A stretch of 64,000 nt of DNA from Oleiphilus messinensis (lineage in GTDB: Bacteria; Pseudomonadota; Gammaproteobacteria; Pseudomonadales; Oleiphilaceae): positions 5,953,276-6,017,275 of the forward strand of contig NZ_CP021425.1 of the NCBI RefSeq assembly GCF_002162375.1. The letters are read 5' to 3'. Positions 1 to 10,827 of this stretch are shown here, piece after piece (position 1 is the first letter of the stretch; each line of letters opens with the position of its first letter). A program made the position numbers and the translations under genes. The notes beneath the pieces were generated by a model. It did not search any database, was not told where the DNA came from, and saw only the letters and a program-made list of their open reading frames with translations.

Positions 1-378
1 AACAATTGCCCCTGCATCCGTCAGGCGTTGCACGGCCTTGGCGGAGCCCGTTGGATAATAGTCCTTGAAATCCGGATTGCCTGATGTGCAGGGCATACCC
101 GGCACTTCATAAGAGTCTTTGATGGTCATGGGTAAACCCTGCAACGGCCCCAATGATTCACCCTGTTTGCGGGCTTTATCCGCCGCATCCGCCTGCCTTC
201 TGGCGGTATCCAGCTGGGTCGCAATCACCGCATTGACGGCGGGATTCCGGTCTTGCACTGTCTGGATGTAATGCTCCAGTAACGCCCGACTAGTGGTTTC
301 GCCCGTTTCAAGCTGGCGAACCTGTTCCAGCGCACTCATTTGTTCATACAACGGTTTTCCGTTTTTGGCCGACAACAT
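1..378 (-). CDS. amidase (amidase-signature family), N-terminal part only; gene continues past the window start
   Basis: Minus-strand translation from ATG at 376-378 (RBS GGAGGGG upstream) gives MLSAKNGKPLYEQ...GLPMTIKDSYEVPGMP, resembling the Gly/Ser-rich amidase signature N-region. Confidence 0.5.
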   Translation of the reverse strand, partial: MLSAKNGKPLYEQMSALEQVRQLETGETTSRALLEHYIQTVQDRNPAVNAVIATQLDTARRQADAADKARKQGESLGPLQGLPMTIKDSYEVPGMPCTSGNPDFKDYYPTGSAKAVQRLTDAGAIV

Positions 379-476
379 AACCCCTCCTGTTCATTCACGT
401 ATTGGGTGAATTCAGTCACACCCTCCGTAAAGTGTGCTTGAGACGAGCCGGTGCCGTGAGATAATTTCTGGACAGT

Positions 477-1571
477 ATGCTTGTCATTTTTGGCCATGCA
501 GTGATGGGTCACAGAGGTATCCCGATGAGTACGGAACAGCAGACACGTAATCGCTTGGTACGCTACCCGGCGTTGTTTTCCCGCACCTATTTGGCCGTTC
601 TCGCGTCATGGGGCGTCAATATCGAGGACTTTCTGAGTGCGTCGGATCTCCCGGCGGATACGGCGACTCGCAGCCTGGGGCTGACTCAGGAAGAATACCA
701 ACGCCTGCTGGATGCCGTTCACCAGCAATTTGCCGACCGGGGACCGGGTCTGGAAATGGGCTGGCAGTTACCGCCCACAGCCTTTGGCAGCCTCGGGCAG
801 GCCACGCTATCCAGCGCAACCTTTGGTGCGGCACTGGCAATATGTGAACGGTACTGGAACCTGTTTGGCATGGGCATGGCCTGCAACCTGAACATTGCGC
901 CGGAGCTGAGCCATATTGAAATCATGGCTTTGCCGGAGATACCCCATCGACACCATCACATGGTACTGGAATCAACGTTGACCAGTGTTTACCGGGGCTG
1001 CGTGGCCTTGCTGCCCGAAGTACAGGGCCAAACCATCACCGAATTCACCTTCGCCGAGCCGGTTTATGCCGGGAAAGCACGGCACTATCTGGGCACGGTC
1101 AGATACGCTCAATCCGGCTGCCGAATTTCCTTTCCGACAGCCTTGCTTGATCAGCCATTGATGATGGCAAACGCCTTCGCCTTGCAAACGGCATTGCTGC
1201 AATGTGAACAGGATCAGCAGCTGAATCAACACCCTGGCTTTGCCGGACGCATCCGTAAAGAACTGGTGCTCACACCTGAGGGCTACCCCAGCTTCGATCA
1301 ACTTGCAGACAAGCTGCATATGAGCCCGAGAACCCTGCGTCGCTATTTGCAGAATGAAGGGGCCAGTTTTCTGAAGTTATTAAACGATGCCCGGAAACGG
1401 GATGCCCAGAACCTGCTGGAAAGACCCGAATTGGCCATTCAAGACGTGGCCCAGCGGCTGGGCTACAATGACCCGGCCAACTTCACCCGCGCCTTTCGCC
1501 TCTGGCTCGGCCTGACGCCAAGCCAGTACCGCGAGCAAAAAAATAGCCCCCTGAGTATAAAACTCAAGTAA
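477..1571 (+). CDS. AraC/XylS-family transcriptional regulator
   Basis: 364-aa ORF; C-terminal double HTH (LADKLHMSPRTLRRYL...DVAQRLGYNDPANFTRAFRLWLGLTPSQYR) typical of AraC family; start may be a downstream Met (MSTEQQ). Confidence 0.85.
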   Translation: MLVIFGHAVMGHRGIPMSTEQQTRNRLVRYPALFSRTYLAVLASWGVNIEDFLSASDLPADTATRSLGLTQEEYQRLLDAVHQQFADRGPGLEMGWQLPPTAFGSLGQATLSSATFGAALAICERYWNLFGMGMACNLNIAPELSHIEIMALPEIPHRHHHMVLESTLTSVYRGCVALLPEVQGQTITEFTFAEPVYAGKARHYLGTVRYAQSGCRISFPTALLDQPLMMANAFALQTALLQCEQDQQLNQHPGFAGRIRKELVLTPEGYPSFDQLADKLHMSPRTLRRYLQNEGASFLKLLNDARKRDAQNLLERPELAIQDVAQRLGYNDPANFTRAFRLWLGLTPSQYREQKNSPLSIKLK

Positions 1572-3465
1572 TTGAGGCCGCAGAATTGTCTGCACCGAGC
1601 CATGCCGTGTGAATACAATCCCGCCCCTGGTGCTTGGAATGGTAGAGCTCGGTATCCGCTTTTTCCAGATACGCCTGTGTGGGGGTATCTCCTTGGGGTA
1701 TGCCGACACAACAGCCAATACTGACCGTAAGATTTACCGGCCCGCCCCGTGTGTTGATCGCCGTATCGGAAATGGCACGTCTGATGCGTTCGGCAACATC
1801 GCAGGCCCGTTTCGAGTCCGGCTCAAGCAGCACCACACAAAACTCCTCGCCACCGTAACGGGCCACCAGATCTGTTTCCCGCACAACCGTGCTGATCCGC
1901 AGGGCGACTTCCTGCAGACAGTCATCCCCGACCAGATGCCCCTGCTCGTCGTTAATGGTTTTGAAATGGTCAATATCAATGAGAAACACCGCCATCACAC
2001 GGCTATAGCGCACGGCCCGGGCAATTTCCCGACTCATGAAATGCTCCAGATAGCGCCGGTTGCCAAGCTGGGTTAACTGATCCGTATCACTCAGTGTTTG
2101 CAGCTTCTCGTTCGCCAGCTGCAACTCCCGCGTGCGGTCTGCCACCCGGGTTTCCAGCTCCAGCGTCGCCAGGCGCTGGATTTCCAGGGCCCGCTGCTGG
2201 GCGCGCAAGCGGAGTGCCCGCTCATTGGCTATCCGCTCCGCCAGGGCAAAGGACAGCAGGATCACCTCCAGTAAAATGCCAATCTGAATCGCAGAGTTGG
2301 TAAACCGGTTACTGGGGAGAAAACCGTATTTGCTCAATCCCAAAAGCAGTACACCACAGGCAAGAATACCCCACGACAATGTGTACCAGCGGGCTGCCGG
2401 GATTTTCCGATACCAGGCCACGACCCCGAGAAAAATGGCCCAGGCACTGACCGCAACAGAGAACACCACCACCCACTGAATCAGCTGCGCATAGTCAATC
2501 AGTAATGACAAGACAACCAATACGGCACTGACGGCAATGGCAATCGACTGCAACCGGTTCACCCGGTGACTCAGAAAGCGCACCACAAAGCGGGCTGAAA
2601 AGGCCATCCCAAAAAACAGCGTAAGCGTGAGCACAAACAAGAGTATCCGGTCATTCCAGAGCTGCTCCTCCGGCCACAGGTACTGATAGGCCCACCCGCC
2701 AATACCGGCACTGAACAGCGCCATGCAAATCACGTAACCCACATAAAACAAATACACCACATCTCTCAGGCCGAGAAACAGCAACAGGTTATACACCGCG
2801 ATGATGATCAAGGCACCGAAAAAGCCGCCCTGAAACCAGCTATTTCGTGCATCATCCTCAAAGAACGCTAACGGTTGCCAGAATGAAATCGGCACCTGGA
2901 TCGAGCTACTGGAGTGCACCCGGATCAGAAGTTGTACTTGCGCCTTTTCTGGCAGGAGGAAGGGCACAACAAAATTGCGATTTTCGACATTACGCTCGGC
3001 GAAGGGGTACTTATCCCCCAGCTGCCATTGATTGCGCACCTGGCCATCCACTACCTCGTAGATCTGAATGTCATCCAAAACCGGATAAGCAATCTGCAAT
3101 AACCAATCCGTTACCGGCCCGGCGTTATAGACCTGAAACCGAATCCACCACGCCGAGTCCGAATAGCCTTTGTTGACCACGTTGTCGGTATGAATTTGCC
3201 AGGGAATAGAGTACTGGGTCAGTTCCGATATTGTTAATTCGCCGGATGCATCTTCATACACTTCGACCTGTTGACCCACCTCAACACGCTTGAGCTCTGC
3301 ATTTAACAGAACAGCGGCAACGCTCTTACCCGCAACGCCTGCCAATATAAAGCCGAAACTCAGGTTGAAAATAATCCACAGCCAGGGTGCAGGCCTGCAT
3401 GCTTGACGGGAATTGAGCGTTTTACTGTTTGAATTGGTCAAGATCATCTCGGAAAACCAGATCAT
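1564..3465 (-). CDS. 7TMR-DISM sensor diguanylate cyclase (GGDEF)
   Basis: Periplasmic N-domain, about 7 TM helices, coiled coil, then GGDEF domain with RYGGEEF and DxLTGL motifs; ORF extends to 3636 but the signal-peptide-like start MIWFSEM at 3465 is more likely. Confidence 0.8.
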   Translation of the reverse strand: MIWFSEMILTNSNSKTLNSRQACRPAPWLWIIFNLSFGFILAGVAGKSVAAVLLNAELKRVEVGQQVEVYEDASGELTISELTQYSIPWQIHTDNVVNKGYSDSAWWIRFQVYNAGPVTDWLLQIAYPVLDDIQIYEVVDGQVRNQWQLGDKYPFAERNVENRNFVVPFLLPEKAQVQLLIRVHSSSSIQVPISFWQPLAFFEDDARNSWFQGGFFGALIIIAVYNLLLFLGLRDVVYLFYVGYVICMALFSAGIGGWAYQYLWPEEQLWNDRILLFVLTLTLFFGMAFSARFVVRFLSHRVNRLQSIAIAVSAVLVVLSLLIDYAQLIQWVVVFSVAVSAWAIFLGVVAWYRKIPAARWYTLSWGILACGVLLLGLSKYGFLPSNRFTNSAIQIGILLEVILLSFALAERIANERALRLRAQQRALEIQRLATLELETRVADRTRELQLANEKLQTLSDTDQLTQLGNRRYLEHFMSREIARAVRYSRVMAVFLIDIDHFKTINDEQGHLVGDDCLQEVALRISTVVRETDLVARYGGEEFCVVLLEPDSKRACDVAERIRRAISDTAINTRGGPVNLTVSIGCCVGIPQGDTPTQAYLEKADTELYHSKHQGRDCIHTAWLGADNSAASIT

Positions 3466-3879
3466 GCTCTGGGATGGGTAAAAAAACGCTTGTAAATAAC
3501 AAGCGCAAAGGCAAGAAAACACTCTGGATGGGATCACCCAAAGCAAGCGCGGAATCCCTTCCAAAAGGCTAACTGGAAGTACTGCCAAAACAAGCCTTCC
3601 GGAGCCTATTAAGCTATTTCTGGAACAAATAGTCATTGTTTAAACAGGAGCTGGCGTTGTGATTTTCGGAATAACATTGAATCTTGCTAGCCAGTGCACG
3701 AGACATTGTTTAATCGGAAGACCTGTTTACCCGGCAGATCTGTTTACCCGACAAACCCGCTCCGGCTGATCTACGCAGATCCGGTTTTCTTATCTACACT
3801 TTAAAGAATGGAAGTGATGCTGCCTTTAACGGGAGCGTGATACCATTAAGGTGACACCGGCATCAGAAAGAAGAATTAC

Positions 3880-4602
3880 GTGAAATATCAGAGCAGGCCC
3901 ATGACCACGCTATTCAATAAAGAAGACCGCATACTCAAACAGTATCGGGCTATTATCGAAACCACCGAGCATGAAGGGCATCCTCTGGTTCATGATTTGA
4001 CCGCGTTGCTAAGTCACTATGAAGAACTCTTGAGCAAGTTTGACCGGCTGACAAAAGTGAGTGATAAACAGCAAATATCACTCCATGAAATGGCGCGGGT
4101 TGATGGCCTGACCGGGTTGAATAACCGGAAATATCTGGAAGATTTTTTGAAATTCGAATGGAAGCGCGCATCGGATCTCGATGTGCCCATGGCCATGATC
4201 ATGGTCGATATCGACTACTTCAAGTTATATAACGATACTTACGGCCACCAGGCTGGGGATCGGTGCCTGAAACAAGTTGGCGAAGTGCTGGCGCAAACGG
4301 TTAAACGCTCATCGGACTTTGTTGCGCGCTATGGCGGCGAGGAATTCACCATTGTATTAACCGACTGTCGCCACCACTATGCGGTAGATCTGGCAGAAAA
4401 GATCCAGCGCGCCATCAGCACCGCAGAAATTCGCCATGCCGGTTCGAAGGTCAGTGAATATGTCACGCTGAGTATGGGCATTGCAGTCTATCAACCGGGC
4501 AAGGGCTCATCACCCTCAGCGCTGTTGAGCGCAGCCGATGAAGCACTCTACCGGGCCAAGGAAAGCGGGCGAAACCGGTTTCATCTGGGGCGCATCGACT
4601 AA
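3880..4602 (+). CDS. GGDEF diguanylate cyclase, SiaD-like (short coiled N-region plus GGDEF)
   Basis: 240 aa; DGLTGLNNRKY, RYGGEEF, intact I-site-like RxxD; small size and neighbourhood (SiaC/SiaB-like genes) fit SiaD. Confidence 0.75.
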   Translation: MKYQSRPMTTLFNKEDRILKQYRAIIETTEHEGHPLVHDLTALLSHYEELLSKFDRLTKVSDKQQISLHEMARVDGLTGLNNRKYLEDFLKFEWKRASDLDVPMAMIMVDIDYFKLYNDTYGHQAGDRCLKQVGEVLAQTVKRSSDFVARYGGEEFTIVLTDCRHHYAVDLAEKIQRAISTAEIRHAGSKVSEYVTLSMGIAVYQPGKGSSPSALLSAADEALYRAKESGRNRFHLGRID

Positions 4603-4617
4603 CCAGGACGCGGTATT

Positions 4618-5001
4618 CTAATCTGTTACCACCAGCTCGAAGGTGGCCTTGCGAACATCTTCGCGGAATTCTTCGCCAATTTCAGCCATGTAATCATCGT
4701 CTTCCGGATAAACCCACTTGATCACCACCCGGTTACCGGCACTTGCGGCTTCATCCATCAATTCCAGCAACTCCATCAGAATTCGTGCGGTGCTACTGTT
4801 GAAGTAGACAAACTCCAGCACCAATTCAATATCCGATGTGGATTGGGTTAACAGATGCGCTTGCAGCTTATCAACGGGCTCACGATAAAATTCCGTCACA
4901 TTCTCGGGATAGGACTCGCCCGAGATTCGGAAAACGTTATTTCCGAAGTCAAAATCAATTTCAGGTGTCCGGTCTGAACCCCTGATTTTTATCTGATCCA
5001 T
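4618..5001 (-). CDS. DUF1987 protein, SiaC-like phosphoprotein
   Basis: 127 aa; sequence MDQIKIRGSDRTPEIDFDF...ELVLEFVYFNSSTARILMELL typical of DUF1987/SiaC family; adjacent to SiaB-like gene. Confidence 0.65.
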   Translation of the reverse strand: MDQIKIRGSDRTPEIDFDFGNNVFRISGESYPENVTEFYREPVDKLQAHLLTQSTSDIELVLEFVYFNSSTARILMELLELMDEAASAGNRVVIKWVYPEDDDYMAEIGEEFREDVRKATFELVVTD

Positions 5002-5063
5002 ATCGTTTCCTTAGCTCGACGAATCCGTGCCCAAACAGGCACCATACACTTTGCGGAACCGCA

Positions 5064-5609
5064 TTATATATAAACCTTCAAATTATAAAATGCGCGCTTT
5101 TCGTCCAGCTCCACAAACCCGAAACTGAAATCCGATTTTGCACGCAGCGCAATCTCGATCAAGCCAACCCCCGCGCCTTTACTGCCATCCGGAATCGCCC
5201 CGTGGAGTCGTGACCGGTATTGGGCTTTCAGCTCGGGTCGATCCAGAGCCTGAATATCCTGCAATGCGGCGTCGATGCGCGCGACATCCGATATCGCAAC
5301 CGGATTTCCGCAATCGATATAAAACCGGTCACCCTCTTCCCCCATCGCGATCACACCACGGCCGAACTCAGTGCCATCATCGAGGGTACACCGCTCGAAG
5401 GAGTAATTCATAATATTCTGAATCTGTTCCACAAACAGCGCAAAGGCGGTTTGCCGGACTTTTTTATCCGCGTGGGCGAAAATGGCCGGTTTTTTCAACG
5501 CCTCCCCGACACTTAGCAACATTTGTTCGGTGATATAGCCGCTATAATAAAAATGCACACCGAGGTTCTGCATTTTCTGGTTAAGCGAATGGAGCGATAT
5601 AGACGACAT
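5064..5609 (-). CDS. SiaB-like serine/threonine kinase (RsbW/GHKL-like)
   Basis: Start MSSISLHS at 5609 with GGAGA RBS gives 181 aa; G-rich GSKGAGVGLIEIALR resembles GHKL G2 box; 4-gene context with DUF1987 and PP2C. Confidence 0.55.
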   Translation of the reverse strand: MSSISLHSLNQKMQNLGVHFYYSGYITEQMLLSVGEALKKPAIFAHADKKVRQTAFALFVEQIQNIMNYSFERCTLDDGTEFGRGVIAMGEEGDRFYIDCGNPVAISDVARIDAALQDIQALDRPELKAQYRSRLHGAIPDGSKGAGVGLIEIALRAKSDFSFGFVELDEKRAFYNLKVYI

Positions 5610-5740
5610 TCGTTCTCCGCCAGGGGATGGGTTAATACGATTGTTGAGATCGTTTTCAGCGCGAAAAAACCCCGGAACATTACCACAAATGCCTGAAGTT
5701 TTACCATACTTTACGCTATTGAGAGATTCGCAACCGATAA

Positions 5741-8536
5741 GTGATCCAGATAATGAAACAACCTGTCCATTTGGCAACAGTATGGCTACTCCTGCTACTT
5801 TTCTCCAGCTTTGGCCACACCACACCACCGCTGCAATTTGAGCACCTTACAACAGCCCATGGTTTGTCCAGCAATCTGGTCACCACGACCCTTCAAGACG
5901 CCCAAGGATTCCTTTGGGTGGGTACGGAAAACGGCTTGAACCGTTTCGACGGCTACGAGTTTCAAATTCACCGTCGCAACGCCGCCGCTTCAGAGACGTT
6001 GAATAGCAACCATATCACTCAACTTTTCCTGGATCAGTCCGGTCAACTCTGGGTCGGAACCGCTCGGGGTCTGAACCGGTATAACCGGTCACAAAACCGG
6101 TTTTCCACCATTCCGGCGTATCGCGATACAACCCCGGACTCGACGGTCGCCTTGAGCATCACCAGCCTGGCAGAATCTCAGGAACGGCTCTTTGTTGGGT
6201 CATCTCAGGGGCTGTTCCAGTTCAATCCCGACAAGCAGCAACTGGCACCCGTTTCTGCTCCCGAGCACATCGCCCCTGCACTGCTCGATTCCGAAGTCAG
6301 TGCGCTGTTGTTCGATAGCGATGGCTATTTGTGGGTGGGTACCCATGAGGGTTTACACCAATGGAACCCGGTGGAACAAACCCTGAAGACCTACAGGCAC
6401 GATGAGCAGGACGACGAACAAACAGTAGGTAAAAAGACAATAATCGATAATACCATTCAGGCATTGTATGAAGACCGAAAAGGTCAAATCTGGATCGGCA
6501 TAGATGGTGGCCTGTCCCGCCTGAATCCGGAGACAGGTGTGATCCGTAACTTCTACCATGGTGAGGACGGACACAGCCCGGAACTGGTCGGGGACGAGGT
6601 GACGAGTATTCTGGAAGATGCAAACGGTAATATCTGGATTGCAACAACAGAAGGCTTGACCCGCTACAACCCGGCGGACGAAACCTTCACTGCACTCATC
6701 CATGAACCGCAACTGGCGGACTCGCTCGCCCACAGCAAAACCCGCTCCCTGACCATCGATCGTTCGGGCATCCTCTGGGTTGGCACCCAGGGCGGTGGAA
6801 TCAGCCGCCTGAACCTTCAGCCCAAGGCATTCTACCGCGAACAACATCACCCGGAGCTGGAAGCGTCATTAGGTTACGACTCGGTTTTATCCTTTCATGA
6901 AGATCATGCCGGACGCATTTGGGTCGGCATGGAGGACGAGGGGTTCAACCGCTTTGATCCTCGCACCGGCACTTTTGAGCGTTTTGAGTATGAGGCTGAG
7001 GATTTTACGCTGGAAGAAACCACCGAGGGTATTTTTTATATCGACTCCGGTGGTATTCACAAAGATCGAGTGCGATCCATTCAATCGGACCAACGGGGAA
7101 ATCTGTGGATGGGCACCAGCGAAGGGTTGGAATACTTTGACGTTGAAAATATTCGCTTTCGCCACTTTCACCCCAAAGCCGGTCGGCCACATAGTCTCAG
7201 CCATGAAAATATTGGTGTTTTGCTACTCACGTCCGAAGATACATTGTGGATTGGGACGCAAGAGGGCGGTCTGAACAAGTTTAACCCTGAAACCTACGAA
7301 AACGAGATTTTTCGCTACCGGGAAAATGACCCGAACACACTGGGCAGCGACCGGATCACCGCACTCCTGCAAGATCAACAGGGTACGCTCTGGATTGGTA
7401 CAGAAGGCGGAGGTCTTAACCGCTTTGATGCCAAACAGGGTAACTTCCAACGCTTTGCCTTGCCGTTGAAAAATAATCAAGCTGCAGCGAGTAGCAATTC
7501 CATCTGGACAATTTACCAGGCAGAAGATCACCGCCTGTGGGTGGGCACCGATGAGGGGTTATACCAATTCAGTCCGGATTCCGGCACGTTCACCCCCTCA
7601 CCGCTCACGCTGAATGGCGAAGCAAACCGGGTGCTGGGTATTGTCGAGGATGATCACAGCAATCTCTGGTTAAGCAAGGAGAACGGCATTACCAAGTTCA
7701 CCCCCAGCTCCGGTGCGGTGCAGAATTTCAATGCGCGCAACGGCTTGCCCACTGACCAGTTTTTGCCCGGGGCGTACTATCGGAGCAAGGCGGGTGACAT
7801 CTATCTGGGTTCCAATCAAGGCATGATCCACTTCAAACCCCACGAGATTACCACTAACCAACACGTGCCGGATGTTGTCCTGACCAAGCTGGAAATTCTG
7901 AACAATGCGGTTACCCCTGCTAGCGACGACAGCCCATTGCAGGTTGATATCACACAGGCAGACAGACTCTCCCTCTCTTATCAGGATAAAGCCATCACCC
8001 TGACGTTTTCCGCCCTGGATTTTGCCAATCCGGAAAACAACCAATACGCCTACAAGCTTGAAGGTTTCGACCCTGACTGGAATTTCATCGGGCATCGACG
8101 GGTTGTGAGCTACACCAGCCTGCCGGGAGGGAATTACACATTCAAAGTCCGGGGCTCCAACAATGATCAGGTCTGGAATGAAGAAGGCATTAACCTGCCG
8201 ATATTTGTCGCCCCGCCCCCCTGGCTGACTTGGTGGGCCTACACCTTGTACGGTTTAACACTCATCGCGATCATCGCGGGTATTGCCCGCTACAGAACGC
8301 TGAAAATTGAACGGCAGTTAGTGGAGCAGGAAAAAGCGAACCGGATACTGGAGCACAAAGTTGCAGACCGCACCAAAGAACTAAACGTCAAGAACGAGCA
8401 ATTGTTCCGTTCCAATCAGAATATTTTGAGCAGTATTCGCTATGCCCAGAAAATCCAGCATTCCCTGCTACCCAACCAGTCCATGGTGCAACAGCTGTTT
8501 GGCGACTGTTTTATTGTTTGGGAACCGTTTTCATAA
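5741..8536 (+). CDS. SiaA-like sensor, N-terminal 931 aa: signal peptide, beta-propeller two-component-regulator repeats, Y_Y_Y domain, TM helix, coiled coil; truncated at entry to the PP2C domain by IS insertion
   Basis: Many repeats of the xWxGTxxGLxxxD Reg_prop motif, Y_Y_Y-like region ([35 protein letters not shown]), [20 protein letters not shown], then [16 protein letters not shown] typical of the first PP2C motif; ORF ends 3 codons after WEP. Confidence 0.8.
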   Translation: MIQIMKQPVHLATVWLLLLLFSSFGHTTPPLQFEHLTTAHGLSSNLVTTTLQDAQGFLWVGTENGLNRFDGYEFQIHRRNAAASETLNSNHITQLFLDQSGQLWVGTARGLNRYNRSQNRFSTIPAYRDTTPDSTVALSITSLAESQERLFVGSSQGLFQFNPDKQQLAPVSAPEHIAPALLDSEVSALLFDSDGYLWVGTHEGLHQWNPVEQTLKTYRHDEQDDEQTVGKKTIIDNTIQALYEDRKGQIWIGIDGGLSRLNPETGVIRNFYHGEDGHSPELVGDEVTSILEDANGNIWIATTEGLTRYNPADETFTALIHEPQLADSLAHSKTRSLTIDRSGILWVGTQGGGISRLNLQPKAFYREQHHPELEASLGYDSVLSFHEDHAGRIWVGMEDEGFNRFDPRTGTFERFEYEAEDFTLEETTEGIFYIDSGGIHKDRVRSIQSDQRGNLWMGTSEGLEYFDVENIRFRHFHPKAGRPHSLSHENIGVLLLTSEDTLWIGTQEGGLNKFNPETYENEIFRYRENDPNTLGSDRITALLQDQQGTLWIGTEGGGLNRFDAKQGNFQRFALPLKNNQAAASSNSIWTIYQAEDHRLWVGTDEGLYQFSPDSGTFTPSPLTLNGEANRVLGIVEDDHSNLWLSKENGITKFTPSSGAVQNFNARNGLPTDQFLPGAYYRSKAGDIYLGSNQGMIHFKPHEITTNQHVPDVVLTKLEILNNAVTPASDDSPLQVDITQADRLSLSYQDKAITLTFSALDFANPENNQYAYKLEGFDPDWNFIGHRRVVSYTSLPGGNYTFKVRGSNNDQVWNEEGINLPIFVAPPPWLTWWAYTLYGLTLIAIIAGIARYRTLKIERQLVEQEKANRILEHKVADRTKELNVKNEQLFRSNQNILSSIRYAQKIQHSLLPNQSMVQQLFGDCFIVWEPFS

Positions 8537-8575
8537 ACCTGCTTAAACCTACTCAAGGTTTAAACGAGCCTATCC

Positions 8576-10231
8576 CTACAGCGCAGGGTGCGCGGAAAGC
8601 AGGGTTACGCTTTCCTGAATCAAGTCGGGACTCATGCCCGGTCTACCATCAAGGCGAGCCTCGACGGAGTAACTAACCCGATTCACACGACGAAAGTGAC
8701 GCCAGCCACTCAGAAAATCTAATGATTTTTCGAGTGGTTGGTACCAACGCTGAAGTTTGTTGTAATACTGATAATCCCCGAGCGCCATCCTTACAGGCGG
8801 ATGCTCGGTCTTAACGGTACCCTTCGCGTTAATACCAATGAGTTGTTTTGGCGGCTTTTCTTTAAAGCCATAATGCCGACGACCAATCACTAACGCGGCC
8901 GCGTGGTGATCTGAAAAACCGTGTCGATCGCGATACTTCATCCGCCCCAATAATGAGGTATAAGCCGGATTGACGTGATATAGGCGTATGCCGCGTTTAA
9001 TGCTTTGCGTTTCAATCAAGTCCTTGATCTTACCGTAAGCAAAGGCATTCAACATGCGGGCATACTGAGGATGATCCTGCTTTTGGTATTGCCGTTTCTT
9101 TTGCTGAAAATCCAGCTTTTCGATCACCACCGCTTTACCTTGCTGTGCGGCAAAGTCCATCAGGTCTCGTACGGCATCCCCAATAATAGCCGCTCGTTGA
9201 GCATCATTCTTATAGTGCAAAGGTAAGTCAAACGTTCGGTGTTGCAGTGGGTTACCGTTCCGATCCAGCTCGACGACCGCTAAGTGATCCGGGTTGACAT
9301 CCACACCAATGACACCTTGATCAGCATCGATCCACTCTGCTTGCGCTGTTGGTCCTGCCACTTCCACGCTAACGAGTAACCGCCAACCTTTTTTGTCTCG
9401 CTTAAATCGAAAACTCAGGGGTTGCCCTTTGATTGATTTATCGAGTTTTTTAACCTGATTCTGCCAGACGGCTTGGGCAATAGCCGCCTTACCATGCTTG
9501 AATTTCAGGCAATCAATGTTAATGGTCGTGCCGAACGTAGCGCGTAATTGATGGGGTACCAGGAGTTTTAGCTGGTAAGCATCATCTTGCTCACTGGGCG
9601 ATAGCTGGGCATTTTGACAGCCCCAGGATTCATCATGAGAACCCACCAATAGAAATTCGCGGTGTCGTGCTTCGTGCCAGCGTTGTTTCCAGCCTTCAAT
9701 GGCCGAACCCGTTTCTAACGCTTGACGCTCTTTCAGCAGCTTTCGACCGCCGAAACAAATGGGGGTTTTATTTGCCTGTTTTTCGGCCACCAAGGCGGCC
9801 TGCTTTTGCTGCCAACGATGCAGTTTCACTTCCTTCTGCCGTAGCGTGTTACGAAGTTGTTTTGCCTGTTGCGGGCAGCCTTTCTCTGCGACATGATCAC
9901 AGCGCTTCTTTAATTTGTTGAGCGTTTTCTCCAGCTGTTTGATTTTAACGTCCAGCGTCACCAATCGGTTGTTTCGATTGGTTTGGTAAGACTGGATTAA
10001 ACCTTTAATGCTTTGCCGGACGCCTTGAAACACCCGATAGCTGAACGGCATCCCCATTTCATGCATAAACTGGGTACGACTCAATTGCTGGGCTTTAGGC
10101 TTTTGTAAGTTAGCAAACCAACGAAACTTCACTTGATTCCACAGCTCGGCATAGTGGCACAATGCCGCATCCTGCTCATGAATCAAATTAAGCCGGGTTT
10201 CAAAGGTGAGTGTTTTCGTTAGCGTATCCAC
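8576..10231 (-). CDS. tnpB: TnpB (IS605/IS607 OrfB; RuvC-like RNA-guided nuclease family), 551 aa
   Basis: OrfB N-region, RuvC-like core, hallmark GIRLYHVNPAYTSLLG motif and C-terminal zinc-finger region. Confidence 0.85.
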   Translation of the reverse strand: MDTLTKTLTFETRLNLIHEQDAALCHYAELWNQVKFRWFANLQKPKAQQLSRTQFMHEMGMPFSYRVFQGVRQSIKGLIQSYQTNRNNRLVTLDVKIKQLEKTLNKLKKRCDHVAEKGCPQQAKQLRNTLRQKEVKLHRWQQKQAALVAEKQANKTPICFGGRKLLKERQALETGSAIEGWKQRWHEARHREFLLVGSHDESWGCQNAQLSPSEQDDAYQLKLLVPHQLRATFGTTINIDCLKFKHGKAAIAQAVWQNQVKKLDKSIKGQPLSFRFKRDKKGWRLLVSVEVAGPTAQAEWIDADQGVIGVDVNPDHLAVVELDRNGNPLQHRTFDLPLHYKNDAQRAAIIGDAVRDLMDFAAQQGKAVVIEKLDFQQKKRQYQKQDHPQYARMLNAFAYGKIKDLIETQSIKRGIRLYHVNPAYTSLLGRMKYRDRHGFSDHHAAALVIGRRHYGFKEKPPKQLIGINAKGTVKTEHPPVRMALGDYQYYNKLQRWYQPLEKSLDFLSGWRHFRRVNRVSYSVEARLDGRPGMSPDLIQESVTLLSAHPAL

Positions 10232-10827
10232 TAGGCGACGGCTCGTTGATTTTTACGACTACGTGAACCATGCAATCGCGCACTGAAGACCGTCATTAAC
10301 GCTAACACATCATGGCAAAGTTGCTGTTCAACGTTTTCTTCAACTTCCTCAAGAATGACAACCTCCGTACCGTAAAACTGGCAAAGCGCAAATAACAATT
10401 CAGCCCCAAATCGGAGTAAGCGATCTTTATGAACGATAACCAGTCGTTTTACCTTACGCTGACAAATCAACTTAATTAATCGCTTTAATCCCCGTTTTTT
10501 ATAGTTTAATCCTGAGCCAAGATCATCAATGGTTTCGACGGCTTCATAGCCAGCCTCTCTGGCATGCTTTTGCAAGCGAGCAATTTGCGTTTGCAAATCT
10601 TTTTTCTGATCATGAGAAGAGACGCGTGCATAACAGATTGTTCTGCGTTGCTCATTAGCAGTCGACTGACCGCAAAAGGCTAAAAGTTTATCAAGCGCGT
10701 AACGACGATGGCCACCAGGCGTACGGAAATCTGAGAAAAATCGTGATTCTTTTTCCCAGCGACGAAGGGTGGAAACGGCCACACCCAGAAGAAAAGCGGC
10801 AGCGCCTATCGATAGAAATTCAGCCAT
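10231..10827 (-). CDS. tnpA: IS607-type TnpA serine recombinase with N-terminal MerR-like HTH
   Basis: MAEFLSIGAAAFLLGVAVSTLRRWEKE (HTH) then RTICYARVSSHDQKKDLQTQ (catalytic Ser region), resolvase fold; GGAGGTG RBS 6 nt before ATG at 10827. Confidence 0.8.
   Translation of the reverse strand: MAEFLSIGAAAFLLGVAVSTLRRWEKESRFFSDFRTPGGHRRYALDKLLAFCGQSTANEQRRTICYARVSSHDQKKDLQTQIARLQKHAREAGYEAVETIDDLGSGLNYKKRGLKRLIKLICQRKVKRLVIVHKDRLLRFGAELLFALCQFYGTEVVILEEVEENVEQQLCHDVLALMTVFSARLHGSRSRKNQRAVA

Noticed and set aside
608-1319. Several 60-115 aa ORFs on both strands inside the AraC regulator gene
   Set aside because: Fully nested in a well-supported longer CDS with recognisable family motifs; GC-skewed alternative frames commonly stay open
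9005-9226. 73-aa plus-strand ORF inside tnpB
   Set aside because: Antisense to a CDS with strong TnpB motifs; no RBS or family resemblance
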